A stretch of 64,000 bases of DNA from Octopus vulgaris. Taxonomy: Eukaryota. The translations under genes were made by a program, and so were the position numbers. Under the pieces are notes generated by a model. That model ran no database searches. It had not been told where the DNA came from and saw nothing but the letters and a program-made list of their open reading frames with translations. The stretch covers positions 165,602,001 through 165,666,000 of the forward strand of contig OX597815.1 of NCBI GenBank assembly GCA_951406725.2, written 5' to 3'. Of this stretch, positions 1 through 12,744 are shown in pieces; position 1 is the first letter of the stretch, and each line of letters opens with the position of its first letter.

Positions 1-1025
1 GACATTGGTTAATGAAATTAAACCCTGCATGTGACTAGTACTTTATTCTACCGATATCGCAGGGATGGAAGGGAAATTTGACCTCGGCTAGATTCGAATT
101 CAGACGTTAAAAACTGAAGAAATATGTCTAGTGCTTTTTAAATGATAAAACAAAAGCGTTACAAAAGAGAAAAACAATCGAAAGAAACGCATACTCTCTT
201 ACGAAGTAATGATTTATTAAATATTGGAGCTATAACGTATTTGTTGATACCATGCGAATGATCAACAATTTAAGGAGATAACATGCATTTTATCATTGGA
301 CTTTTATGGAGAAACAGATGGCTTCTGTTTTGAACAGAAATTTTTATATCTATGTTGCCGTATTTATGGTATCTATTATTTATAAGCTTATTGAAAACTT
401 GTAGGTTTCCTGTTTTTAAACAGGTTTATCTTATTCGGAATAATTTGTGAAAAGGGATTACGAGTATGAGCGAGTCTTCTGAACGTTGTTTTTCGTTACG
501 CGAACAAGAATAAGTGGTTCTATTAATGTCGTTTGATAAATGATGGAGCCAGTAGACATTTGGGCTGGATGCCAACACGAAAATATATGGCAGAATTTGA
601 TTTGTGCCATGTATACGACTTTGAAAAAGCTCATTCTTGTGTATTACTATAGATAAATAATCAATATGTTCAGAGTTATGTGTTTTATTTAAATTTAGTC
701 TCAGGGCTCCATGTTGGAAATTTTCGTCTTCACTAGAATGATGACCGCACACAATAATACCAGAGTTTCGATGACAGCTAATAAGCGTCTGATAAATGTT
801 TAGTTGCACATGACTGGGAAATTAATTTTTCGTACGAGATAAGATACTGAGAGTATTGACTATTTACTTGAGGGATGGATCAATATGTGGTTTTCAATTT
901 AAAATTCTTATCAAATATGATTCATAGAAATATAAATTAATCAACAAATTCTTTACTGTTACCATCAAATTTAAGCTGCTGGATATCTTCAGTGCAAGAG
1001 TAAAACAATAAATAGATACATGCAC

Positions 1026-1095
<70 letters not shown>

Positions 1096-1113
1096 CATAA
1101 ACACACACACGCA

Positions 1114-1153
<40 letters not shown>

Positions 1154-1257
1154 AATATACCTATATTCATATTTAGAAGAAGCAACAGAACGATTCAAGG
1201 TCCGAGAGCTTCGTGAGTTTCGAAACTTGAGTCACTCTGTTGCATCTGCTACATATT

Positions 1258-1404
1258 CTTTTCTGCTCTAGGTACAAGATCCGAAATTTTGGGGGAGGGG
1301 GCCAGTCGATTAGAACGACCCCAGTACGCAACTGGTATTTAAATTATCGATCCCGAAAGGATGAAAGGCAAAGTCAACCTCTACGGAATTTGAACAGACG
1401 AAAT
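1258..1404 (-). mobile_element. Fragment of the dominant tRNA-derived SINE (older tail type B)
   Basis: Contains the family core tcccgaaaggatgaaaggcaaagtcaacct...ggaatttgaac, seen more than 20 times in the window. Confidence 0.75.
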
Positions 1405-1549
1405 GTATTCGTATTTTGTACTTCATTTTGTTTACGTTCTCTGACGTCCTGTACCCATATATGCATATGTATATACATATATAAATACGTACATATATGT
1501 ACGTATACATGCATATATTATTATTATTATGTAATATATATATATATTA

Positions 1550-1605
<56 letters not shown>

Positions 1606-1608
1606 TAA

Positions 1609-1647
<39 letters not shown>

Positions 1648-1652
<5 letters not shown>

Positions 1653-1850
1653 AGAGAAAACACAGAGAAAAAGAAAAAAAAAGAAACAAACGTTTGGACG
1701 TGGCAACAGCAATGTATTAATAAGATGCTGAGAGAAGGAAAAGAGTAGAAGTTTTAAGTTTCGAGCATAGTTCTACTTCGGAAACAGGAAGAAACTGGAA
1801 AGTCCAAGACTAGGGAAGAAGTAAATCGCCAACAATTACGTGCGGTTAGA
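1648..1850 (-). mobile_element. Degenerate Penelope pLTR-like repeat, related to 31120-31320
   Basis: Reverse complement aligns by eye to 31120-31320 (accgc...gttggcgattt...gtttccgaag...gctcgaaac); next to (TA)n. Confidence 0.5.
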
Positions 1851-1893
1851 TATTTTTGAAGTATATATATAGAACCATTCTATTTTAACAAAA

Positions 1894-1931
1894 CTGTCCG
1901 ACTAACGGGAACGTGAAACTCTGAGTAACAG
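1894..1931 (+). ncRNA. Degenerate minimal hammerhead-like motif within a (TA)n-flanked repeat (1862-2036)
   Basis: ctgt-CCGACTA-acg(ggaa)cgt-GAAA-ctctgaGTA-acag. Stems I-III are present, but the core differs from CUGANGA at two positions. Confidence 0.4.
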
Positions 1932-2042
1932 CTTTTGCTATATTTCTGCTGCTTTTAAATAAAGCATATTACTCTACCTCTGGTATATGAGTACTCTTGT
2001 TTCCACCTTGTTTCACATTTATGTGCTTTCTCCGGTATATAT

Positions 2043-2131
<89 letters not shown>

Positions 2132-2140
2132 CATACATAC

Positions 2141-2217
<77 letters not shown>

Positions 2218-2560
2218 TATATATATGTATTTGTCTTCACGTAATATCGTCGATAGGTTTATTGAGAAAGTGGAAACGGTGTGAAGCAAAATCAAATTCG
2301 GCATGAGCTGCATTCATACAGTATATTCTTTTAGTATATTCTTAGTCACAAAATACAGACAAACTTCTAAATAATGATTTGAAACACTCCAGAATTAAAC
2401 ATAACATAATATGTAGGCTATACACAAAACACATACACAGAAACGTACACACAAACACCCCATATGTATACATATAACAAATATTGATAAATATGAATAA
2501 GGTAATTATTTACTGAAAGAACACGACTAATGTTTGTCGTATTTTATTGTTCCGTTCATA

Positions 2561-2958
2561 AGGCGGCGAGCTGACAGAAACGTTAGCACGCCGGGCGAAA
2601 TGCTTTGTGGTATTTCGTGCGCCGTTACGTTCGAAGTTCAAATTCCGCCGAGGTCGACTTTGCCTTTCAATCTTTCGGGGTCGATTAAATAAGTACCAGT
2701 TACGCACTGGGGTCGATGTAATCGACTTAATCTGTTTGTCTGTCCTTGTTTGTCCACTCTGTGTTAAGCCCCTTGTAGGTAGTAAAGAAATAGGTATTTT
2801 GACTGCCGCTACGATCTCAGTTCAAATTCCGCTAAGGTCGACTTTGCCTTTCATCCTTTTGGTGTCGATAAATTAAGTACCAGTTGCGTCCTGGGATCGA
2901 TCTAATCGAGTGGCCCACTCCTCCAAAATTTCGGGTCTTGTGCTTAGAGCAGAAAATA
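2561..2958 (+). mobile_element. Composite SINE: head + tail-A body + tail-B body
   Basis: ggcggcgagctg head; two consecutive bodies joined at aaagaaata|ggtatt; flanking duplication ttattgttccgttc (2544-2557 and 2959-2972). Confidence 0.85.
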
Positions 2959-3044
2959 TTATTGTTCCGTTCGTGTAATTCGTATAATTACTTGTAGTAG
3001 TTGTATTTGTTTTTGTTTTTTGTTTTTTCTATTTTTTTGCATAT

Positions 3045-3340
3045 TCCTTTTCGAGCCACGCCTGGCTCATAAGGGCCAGTTTCCCGGTTTCCTTGGCGTA
3101 TAGGTTCCCTACTTGGACGGGACACTGGTCCGTCGTAGGTGAGCTGCAAGATGCAGGAGGAAAGAGTGAGCGAAAGTTGTGGCGAAAGAGCCAGCAGAAG
3201 TTCGTCATTACCTTCTGCCGGAGCCGCGTGGAGCTTAGGTGTTTCGCTCACAAACACACACTTCGCCCGGTCTGAGATTCGAACCCGCGATCCCTCGACC
3301 GCGAGTCCGCTGTTCCAACAACTAGGCCATGTACCTCCAC
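3045..3340 (-). mobile_element. tRNA-derived SINE (OR1-like head) with a V-domain-like tail
   Basis: Reverse complement: ggaggtacatggcctagttgttgg...ggttcgaatc head; tail cctacgacggaccagtgtcccgtccaag resembles the V-SINE domain (from recall). Confidence 0.7.
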
Positions 3341-3465
3341 TAGTCGTTGTATTTACTCATTATTAATTCATTTAATTTAGAGCTTCTCTCTCCGTCTCTA
3401 TCTCTCCCTGGCCCCTTCTCTCTCTCTCTGAGAATCTTTTCTGCTGAGAATCTTTTCTGTCATCA

Positions 3466-3692
3466 AATTGGCGTGCAAGTGGCTGAACACTCCACAGACA
3501 CGTGTACCCTTAACGTTCTTGGGACGATTCCCCGTGACACATATGTGACAAAGCTGACCCTTTGAAATACAGGTACTACTGAGTGGTGGACTGGAGCAAC
3601 GTGAAATAAAGTACCTTGCTCAAGGACACGACGCGCCGCCGGGAATCGAACACACAGCCTTAGAAATTGAGCCAAGTACCCTAACCACTAGT
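3466..3692 (-). mobile_element. tRNA-derived CORE-type SINE fragment
   Basis: Reverse complement has gtggttagggt...gttcgattccc and gtgtccttgagcaaggtacttta; tail is shared with 62325-62700. Confidence 0.7.
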
Positions 3693-4111
3693 TGTTAAAA
3701 TTTTCGGTGGTTTTTATCTTAACTCCTAACACCTTCTTTAACACGAGGCTCTTCTGTCTCTAATGAGGTCCTCATTAGACATTTCTTCACCCCGAAATTC
3801 GAATAACTCCACTATTATATATTTCAAATATTGTCATATCTTGAAAGGGTTGCATCCCTATTAAGTTAATATACAAAGATTCTTAGGCGACATTTGTCAA
3901 AAACCATTGAGTGATTGCAATTATTATCCATAACTTATTCAATATTACTGAGTCGAATAAAGGCAAAAACCTAGAAGAAAAAAAAGAAAAGAAAACGAGA
4001 GGAAAAATAAAAGCGAGCAAATATTTAATTTGACAGGCGTACACTTGACGAATTACATTTTGGTTCTATATTATTTCACAGCGACTTAATAACGAAAGCA
4101 AGTCTAGGGAG

Positions 4112-4217
<106 letters not shown>

Positions 4218-4227
4218 TGTCTATATT

Positions 4228-4803
4228 CTTTTCTACTCGCAGCACAAGGCCCAAAACTTTTGAGGAGGAGGCCGCTCGATTAGATCGACCCCGGTATGCA
4301 ACTGATACATAATTTATCGACCCCGAAAAGATGAAAAAGTCGACCTCGGCGGAATTTGAACTCACAACGGAAAGACAGATGAAATACCTTTTTCTTTATT
4401 GCCCAAAAGGGGCTAAATATAGAGAGGACAAACAAGGACAGACAAAGGGATTAAGTTGATCACATCGACCCCAGTGCGTAACTAGTAGTTATTTAATCGA
4501 CCCCGAAAAGATGAAAGGCAAAGTCGACCTCGGCGGAATTTGAACTCCGAACGTAACGGCAGACGAAATACTTATTTCTTTACTACCCACAAGGGGCTAA
4601 ACACAGAGGGGACAAACAAGGATAGACAAACGGATTAAGTCGATTACATCGAACCCCAGTGCGTAACTGGTACTTATTTAATCGACCCCGAAAGGATGAA
4701 AGGCAAAGTCGACTTCGGCGGAATTTGAACTCAACGTAGGGGCAGACGAAATACGGCTACGCATTTCGCCCGGCGTGCTAACGTTTCTGCCAGCTCGCCG
4801 CCT
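4228..4803 (-). mobile_element. Composite SINE: head + A + A + B bodies
   Basis: Three tandem bodies behind one head; flanking duplication tgtacg(t/a)gtctatatt at 4212-4227 and 4804-4819. Confidence 0.85.
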
Positions 4804-4822
4804 TGTACGAGTCTATATTGTC

Positions 4823-5117
4823 AGGGCACATGACCTAGTGGTTAGGGTGTTGCACTCGCGATCACAAGTTCGTGGTTTCAAGTCCAATATCAGGAGGGGA
4901 GTTGTGCTATTGAGTAAAGCACTTCCTCTCATGTTGCTCTGCAATCACTTCGAAACCTAGCATGTGGTTCGCCTTGCACCTGTTCAAACATCAATTTCAT
5001 GGAGACATTGAGCTAATGTACAGCGCATACATCTGATCACTATAAACATATTTTTTTATGCAAGTCATTCGGCAAAAAGCTGAACACTAATATGTCATCT
5101 GCGACAGGAGAGTCCAT
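4823..5117 (+). mobile_element. tRNA-derived SINE with a distinct tail
   Basis: A-box-like tgacctagtggttagg; tail ttcggcaaaaagctgaacact...gtcatct is shared with the short SINE at 49291-49420. Confidence 0.65.
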
Positions 5118-5202
5118 TATATATACATAATGTCCATTATAAATATATAATGTCCATTAAGTTTATTATTATATATATATAAATTGCATTTATGATTATA
5201 TC

Positions 5203-5258
<56 letters not shown>

Positions 5259-5294
5259 TATGTATGTATATATATGAATATGTATGTATGTATG

Positions 5295-5364
<70 letters not shown>

Positions 5365-5752
5365 TCGAGAAATTCCACTCTAATTTCCTAGACGAATTTT
5401 TTTTTTTGTAGAAGACCAGCAGTTTCTCAGGCATGTGAATCTCCTTACTTTCGCATCGTCTGTATTGTACTCGGGAAATGTAGTGCCTTACAGATTGGCA
5501 CCGATGTTGTCAAACTACAAAGTGGAAACAGATACTGTAGGGCATCACGTCCACTGTCCAAACGATTCCGGCCAACATTGTCATAATATTTTATTTATCG
5601 ACACCATGCTGCTGAAATGGAAAGTTAGCCTCAGCAGGATTTGAACTCCAAGTATAATGAACTGGAAATGATATTGTAAGGTGTTCCATCGCATGGTCGA
5701 TCGAACTACTAGTTCATTTTCTCTCTCACTCTCCCTTTCTATGTATATATAA

Positions 5753-5812
<60 letters not shown>

Positions 5813-5814
5813 TT

Positions 5815-6045
5815 ATATAAAGACACCTGACAGTAAATGAAAACCATTTAACTCCAAGATTTATTTATGCTTAACAACTGAATAAATTTAATAAAAGCAT
5901 CTAAATATGAAACATCATGAAAATTGTTCAAACTGAAGTCTTTCTTGAGCGACACATTTTCCCATTCGAGTCGATACAGAATTACATAAATATTATATTT
6001 ATCGAATGTTGATTTACTGTCAGGTGACTTTTGGACAACCCTGTA
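5815..6045. mobile_element. Tc1/mariner-type MITE
   Basis: Inverted repeat cacctgacagtaaat (5824-5838) / atttactgtcaggtg (6012-6026); right end caaccctg|ta. Confidence 0.6.
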
Positions 6046-6054
6046 TATATAGAG

Positions 6055-6313
6055 AGGGACTAAGGTTGTTTATGGAAAGCCATCAATCGCCCATGAATAC
6101 CAGCCTCCCCTCTCCACGTCACCGATGTTGTCCAAGGAAAAGGCAAAGGCCGATACAGCCTAGCACCAGTGACGTCGCAACTCATTTCTACAGCAGAGTG
6201 AATTGGAGCTACATAAATAAAGTGTTTTACTCAAGAACACAACTCGCAGCCCTGTTTAGTTATTGAACTGGAACTCATGGTTGCGAGCCTGACACTCTAA
6301 CCACTGAGCTATA
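6055..6313 (-). mobile_element. Diverged tRNA-derived CORE-type SINE
   Basis: Reverse complement begins tatagctcagtggttagagtgtcagg, with CORE-like gtgttcttgagtaaaacacttta. Confidence 0.6.
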
Positions 6314-6378
6314 TACATACAGTTAAATGTGTTAGCATCAAAGTCAAACATTTACTTATGGGGACAGCGATTATATAT

Positions 6379-6480
6379 CACCTGAGGAGATACAACTGGA
6401 TCCCATTATACAGGTAAACCGTTGCTTAATTTAAATCCTGTGTATATGTTGATCTATGTTGTATTGAAACAGGTGTAGTG
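6379..6480 (+). ncRNA. Type I hammerhead ribozyme-like motif with a long stem II
   Basis: cac-CTGAGGA-gatacaac...gttgtatt-GAAA-c-aggt-GTA-gtg; stem II extended by ggatc/gatct and tatacagg/cctgtgta. Confidence 0.6.
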
Positions 6481-6514
6481 TTTATTAAATAGCTGTCTGT
6501 TTATTTAATTTATT

Positions 6515-6588
<74 letters not shown>

Positions 6589-6882
6589 AAATTATAAATG
6601 TTATTACAATACAATAGTATTATTTGCAATTGACGAATATTTGTCCTCATCTTGTTTGTTTTAAACACAGCGTTTCGGTTGATATACCCTCCAGCCTTCA
6701 TCATGTGTCTTGGGGAAATTTCGAACCTGAGCTCTCATTCCTACAGTATTTTTCGATGTTATTATTATTATTATTATTATTGTTATTATTCAGGTCACTG
6801 CCTGGAATCTTGTGGTTGGTAGCCCGCGCTCATAACCACTACGCCATATGCCTGTGGGCCATTATGAAGTGAATTTTAGGGC

Positions 6883-8487
6883 TTATAAATATAATATTTT
6901 CCAATCCTTCCTTAATACCGGTTCCCATATGCTACTCATATCAGCACTCGGTCTGCTTAGGAGGTTGTTGTGTCCTAGCATATGTGCTGCTTCTTTTGGT
7001 TTTCGTTGTTTCCGGTGGTGTTCTCTATCTATTATTTTAACTTCATCCCACAAGGGGAGGTGGTCTCCATTTTTCCTTACATGATCAGCTATACCCGATT
7101 TATCAATATCTCCTCGTGTCACAGCTTTGCAATATTCGTCTACCCTAATTTTGAGGGGGCGGCATGTTTCGCCTTTGTATAACCTACCACAACTGTATGG
7201 GATGGAGTACACGCAGTTTTTGGTCATATTCTCTTCTATTGGTGGTTTTACCAAGAGGGAATATTTGCGAAGTATTGTATTACTTTTGAATATTGTGCTG
7301 ATGTAAAATGGGCGGCATATCTTTTGTATCTTTTCGGAGAGGATTTTCACATAGGGTAGACAGACTGTAGACAGTTTATTGGTTTCATCCTCTCTTTTCT
7401 TCATAATTGGAGTAGCTAGTATGTTTTGGGGGTAGTTGTTGAATAATAGATTGTTACCGAGCTTGATCATTTCTTCGTGGTGGGTATCATGATTGCTACT
7501 TATATTCTTTGCTCGATGTTTTAGGCACTGAGCAATTCCTCTCTTTATACGGAATGGATAGTGGAAATTGAAGTTAAGGTATCGTCCAGTGAAGGTCGAC
7601 TTGCGGTATACGGATTTCCTGAATCCATACTTGGTGCGTGTTATTAATACGTCCAGGAATGCTACCTGATTGTCTCTTTCCTTTTCCATTGTGAACTGTA
7701 TGGATGGCTTTATTGAGTTTACATGATCTAACAGCACTTGGACATCTTCCTGGTGGAGCCAGAGTATGAAGGTGTCATCAACATCTCGCAGCCATAGGGT
7801 TGGTTTTAATGGTGTTGATCCTAAAGCCAAATTCTCAAAATATTCCATGTATATATTGGCTATTATCAGTGATAAAGGCGAGCCCATAGCTAAACCCTCT
7901 TCTTGTCGATATATCTCATTGTCCATACTGAAACAGGTAGTTTCAACACAGAAGGTCAACATTTCCATCAAGTTTTTTATTGGTATACTAGTATGTTCTT
8001 TTAGATGGGTGTCTGTCAGTAGTTTTTCTTGAATCACCGATAGTGCTTCACCAGTTGGGACTTTGTTGAACAGACATATCATATCTAGACTCACTATCTG
8101 GTTGGATTCAATGGGGGTATCCTTGATCAATTCTGTGAAGTGGGTGGAATTTTTCACGCATGACGTTGACTTTTCTGCTAATGGACTGATTATATCCACA
8201 AGGAAGCGGCTCAGTGGATGATATGCTGAACCTCTACAGCTCACTAAAGGTCTAAATGGAAAACCATCCTTGTGAATCTTAGGGAGACCGTATATGTGTG
8301 GTAGTTTACTGTAGTGTTGAATCAGTTGTCTGTACTTCATTGGTGTAAAGTGATCCATGTTCTTGATCAAGATCTTTGACAATTTCCTCTCTGTTTTCAG
8401 AGTTGGGTCTTTCTTTACTTTGCTGTAGCTTCCATCCTTTATAAGACTTGCCAGTTTTTCCGAGTAGTCAGACTTGTTCATCACCAC
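6883..8487 (-). pseudogene. Penelope reverse transcriptase / GIY-YIG endonuclease ORF (Poseidon-like), probably inactive
   Basis: Motifs IYGLPKIHK..RP, GLAMGSPLS, WLRDVDDTF (YVDD altered), AFLDVLI, SVYRK, CVYSIP..CG.LYKGET. The frame continues upstream through ILPADKGNAT to ~8585. Confidence 0.9.
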
Positions 8488-8884
8488 TGTAGCATTTCCT
8501 TTGTCCGCCGGAAGTATTACTATGGAATTGTCACTCTGTAGTCCTCTGATAGCGAACTTTTCTTCCTTAGTGATGTTTGGTTTGGGAAATGATCAAGCTC
8601 AGTAACAATCTATTAAGCAAAACTACCCCCAAAACATACCATCTTCACCAATTATGAAGAAAAGAGAGGAGGAAACCATACCTGTGGGATGAAGTTAAAA
8701 TAATAGACAGAGAACACCACTGGAAAATACGAAAACTAAAAGAAGCAGCACATATGCGAGGGCACAACAACCTTCTAAGCAGGCCGAGTGCTGATATGAA
8801 TAACATATGGGAACCGGTATTAAGAATGGATAGAAAAATATTAGATTTATAAACCCTAAAAAATTCACTCCATAATTGCCCACG

Positions 8885-8955
8885 GGCATATGGCCTAGTG
8901 GTTAAGAGCGCGGGCTACTAACCCATGTTCCGAGTTCGATTCCAGGCAGTGACTT
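8885..8955 (+). promoter_or_regulatory. tRNA-like Pol III internal promoter inside the Penelope terminal repeat
   Basis: A box TGGCCTAGTGG, anticodon-like loop ggg-CTACTAA-ccc, B box GAGTTCGATTCC. Confidence 0.75.
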
Positions 8956-9031
8956 GAATAATAATAATAGTGACGACAACAACAACGAAAAATACCTTAG
9001 GAACGAGAACCTAGATTCGAAATTTCCCCAA

Positions 9032-9077
9032 GACACCTGATGAAGGCTGGAGAGTATATCAGCCGAAACGTTGTGTT
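9032..9077 (+). ncRNA. Minimal type I hammerhead ribozyme (Penelope pLTR)
   Basis: gacac-CTGATGA-a-ggctg..cagcc-GAAA-c-GTT-gtgtt; palindromic AACGTT stem III, GUU cleavage triplet. Confidence 0.8.
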
Positions 9078-9666
9078 AACAAGATCAGGACAAATATCCG
9101 TCAAATGTAAATGTTCATAATTCCTCATCTCTTAAATATAGAACTGTAATATTATTATTTTCCTGCGATAAGCCTGGAATAGCGCTATGTAAAGCTTCAC
9201 TGAAAGTCTGAAACTCAAGTACAAGGTTGTTCCTTTCTCTGGCGTTTCTCCTAGAGGTAAGACGAAATATTTTTATGTTCGTCGCCCTCACGCATTTTTG
9301 CCTCTATACATTCATTGAAGCTTTACTTAGCGTCGTACAGTTATCGACTGCTATTTCCAACAAATAACAGCATGTAAATATTGGGTTCAAAATCCCGTTT
9401 AGATAGGCGGTCATGTTTACAGGAGATGTAGATACATGGCTCTATATGTACTTCGAGTTCCAGTTCTAGAAAAAGAATTATATGCATAAGACTACTAAGT
9501 GTAGAGTATTGACAGAAAATAGAGTTGCCCTTCCTGGGTCGTAGGTTCATAAGGCCTGTCTTCAGGATTCTATGGTGTAGATATTCCTTCTCCTCCAACT
9601 CCACCACACAAACCACCTGTCCGGGACACAGGTACGTCAGAGGAATATATATATATATATATATAT

Positions 9667-10060
9667 AGGCGGACGAGTGACTGTGTGGTAAGTAGCTTGC
9701 TTACCAACCACATGGTTCCGGGTTCAGTTCCACTGCGTGACACCTAGGGCAAGTGTCTTCTACTATAGCCTCGGGCTAACCAAAGCCTTGTAAGTGGATT
9801 TGGTAGACGGAAACTGAAAGAAGCCCGTCGTATATATGTATGTATGTGTGTGTATATGCTTGTGTATCTGTGTTTGTCCCCCCAACATCGCTTGACAACC
9901 GATGCTGGTGTGTTTACATCCCCGTAACCTAGCGGTTCGGCAAAAGAGACTGATGGAATAAGTACTAGGTTTACAAAGAATAAGTCCCGGGGTCGATGTG
10001 CTCGACTAAAGGGGTGCTCCAGCATGGTCACAGTCAAATGACAGAAACAAGTAAAAGAGT
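9667..10060 (+). mobile_element. CORE-SINE (OR2-like)
   Basis: gtgtggtaagtagcttgc...gggttcagttccactg head; cacctagggcaagtgtctt core; same family at 35367-35835 and 61530-61918. Confidence 0.85.
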
Positions 10061-10078
10061 ATACATACTCATACACAG

Positions 10079-10119
<41 letters not shown>

Positions 10120-10535
10120 TGTGTATGTGTGTGTGTGTCACGATATATATATATATGTATGTAGACACATATACACACTTAGTCAGCGTCAACATAATGT
10201 AATACTGAATATTGTTCTGCAGGAGAACTTAGATTAGAAGCTAAACTTAGATGAATTTAGATTAACTGTTGTGGACCTGCATCTAAGTGTACTATGTATA
10301 CCCACTGCTGAGAATGCACCTAACCAACGTCTATGGGAAACGTACAGCGCTAACTGCGGTTTGTATGTATCGCAATTTTTCTAAACACTCACACACATAC
10401 ACACACGGATATATAAGGTATCTTTGACTTGATGTGTAGTTAGCGGAGTACCACTCGTTGAGTAATTACTACCTCCGAGGTTCTGCTAGCTAGGAAACAT
10501 ATAGCTTGGATCTTACCTACTTCATTTCCTAAATT

Positions 10536-10578
<43 letters not shown>

Positions 10579-10582
10579 ATGA

Positions 10583-10653
<71 letters not shown>

Positions 10654-10739
10654 TATACATGAATATATATATATATGTATACGTATATATATATATATAT
10701 ATTATGAATATATATATGTATATATAATGAATATATGTA

Positions 10740-10779
<40 letters not shown>

Positions 10780-10828
10780 TATATGTATATATGTACACAC
10801 ACACACACACACACATATATATACACAC

Positions 10829-10902
<74 letters not shown>

Positions 10903-11457
10903 CGTGCTGCATGTGCATTTGCCCAAATATTTATGTATATGTCTGTATACATGTATGTATATACAGTTAATAAAATCAATGTTTGGCTTGCACTGCAATC
11001 CACGAACGCATACATCTGTGCATATGCGCGCGCGTGTGTATTAGTGAGTATGTTTGCAAGTGTTTGAGCGTATATGTGTATATCTTCCGTATCATTTTAT
11101 TATTCCTTTTATTCTTTCGGTGTGTTGATTGCATGGATAACAATAAATAGATAAAAGGTGGGCCTCTGGTTGTGGTGACCAAAACCTTTGTGATCATAAG
11201 GTGATAACTAATAAAGGATATGCCCCGCTGTCCAAACATTATGCAAAATATAGATGTCATTTCCACAGAAGTACACATGATAAGTGAAATTGTAAACAAC
11301 TGTTATATTTGATTCTAGTCGCTAAATGAAAAACCTTTCATAACAAGACATAAAACCTGCTGTTTTAGTGAATTCCTCTCTCATCCGCTGTGTGTGTGTA
11401 TGTGTGTATGTGTGTGTGTGTTTTATGTGTGTGTGTGTGTGTGTGTGTATGTGCGTG

Positions 11458-12744
11458 TACTGAGTGCGGTGAATGAGTTGTCGTCAAAGTTACGCAAAAG
11501 TGAAAATAACACTGACATATCATTTTAACAGATATATTTATCGAAATTACATAAAGATATCTTGAAATACTAAAGAATAAATTTAATTTTAAAAATCGCC
11601 ATCGGCTTCAACCACAGCCTCCAAGCGACTTCGGAATCTCCTGTAACTCTTCTAGACGGTCTTCTTGTTTAAGTTGGTGAATGCCGCCATAATTCTTGCC
11701 TTCCGTTCATCTTTGGTGTTACAAGGTGTTTTGGTCTCTCGATCAACTGTGACCCACATAATAATCAAGGGGGTTGCAGTCTGGGGAGTTAGATGGCGAG
11801 ATGTTAGGGGTGATGTGGTCGAAAAAATTGTCTGACAGCCATGGGAGGAATCTCCTGCCTGTGTGACATGGTGCAGAGTCCTGTTGCCAGACATAAGGTC
11901 TTCTAGCAGCCACCCTCTTCACCCAGGGTAACAGTACCTCTTCCAGGCACTTGATGTAGGCCTCCGTGTTGACTCAGAGGCTGTGTGGGAAGATGAACGG
12001 ATCCATGACGTCGCCATCACTAGTGATCACTCTAAACATCATGATGTTGACTGTCTGCTTGATTTTTATCACTCTCCGTACATGTTTTGGGGACGCGGCA
12101 AGCCAACAGTTGTTCTGTGTGTTCACCATCTGATCCTCGCAGAAATGTTTCTCATCTGAGAAAACCAAAACGTTCTGTTGGAGAGGATGCTTGAGTTTGT
12201 TCAAAAGCTTCGTAGCACTGTCTTTCCTCTTGTCTTTGATGGCTTGGGATAAAAATTTTCCCTTTCTCATCTTGTATGAGGAATACCGAATGTCTTCATG
12301 CACTACCTGCTTGATAAGAAACTCAAACACTCCTATATTCCTGACGATGGACCTGCCTGACTTAGAGGGATCATTGACAATCATGGCCTGGATCTCACCA
12401 ACAAATTCAGGAGTTCTTTTCTTATCAGAACGATCAGAGTGAGTTTTCCGAGCTGCCGTACCTTCGTAATCACCTTTAAACTCATCCAACTCTGCTCTGC
12501 CCTCAGATTGACATCCAAACTCTCTGAAATGTTCGTATTGGAGCTTCCGCGCGAATGCCAAGCAGTACAGCATGTCGTTTCAAAATTTCTGGCAGAGTTA
12601 ATAGTGTCATGGTGCTGTTTTTCTCATAGATGGTGCCCAACTGACCCTACAATACTGTGTAGTCGACAAAATAAAAAAAAAAACAAACTGCATGCACAAA
12701 ATTAAAAATATAAAAATGTGACAATTTACCAATCGCAACCTATA
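11458..12744 (-). mobile_element. DD37D (maT-type) Tc1/mariner transposon relic
   Basis: ORF 11974-12573 has FSDEK. After a stop the frame reads WQQD-SAPCH...SPDCNPL-DY, with 37 residues between the two D; degenerate TIRs ending at TA. Confidence 0.85.

Larger units (their letters stand above)
6624..9148 (-). mobile_element. Penelope-like retroelement, 5'-truncated, with an inverted partial copy (8586-9148, + strand)
   Basis: RT + GIY-YIG ORF on the minus strand. 8586-9148 is an internally deleted reverse-complement copy of ~7475-7380 joined to ~7054-6624. Confidence 0.92.

Noticed and set aside
426-809. 127-aa ORF (similarly 13411-13881, 33540-34010, 34783-35208)
   Set aside because: No recognisable motifs; AT-rich, some overlap SINE relics, and the lengths are compatible with chance.
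1205-1252. Possible hammerhead remnant on the minus strand
   Set aside because: The core is too degenerate to distinguish from chance.
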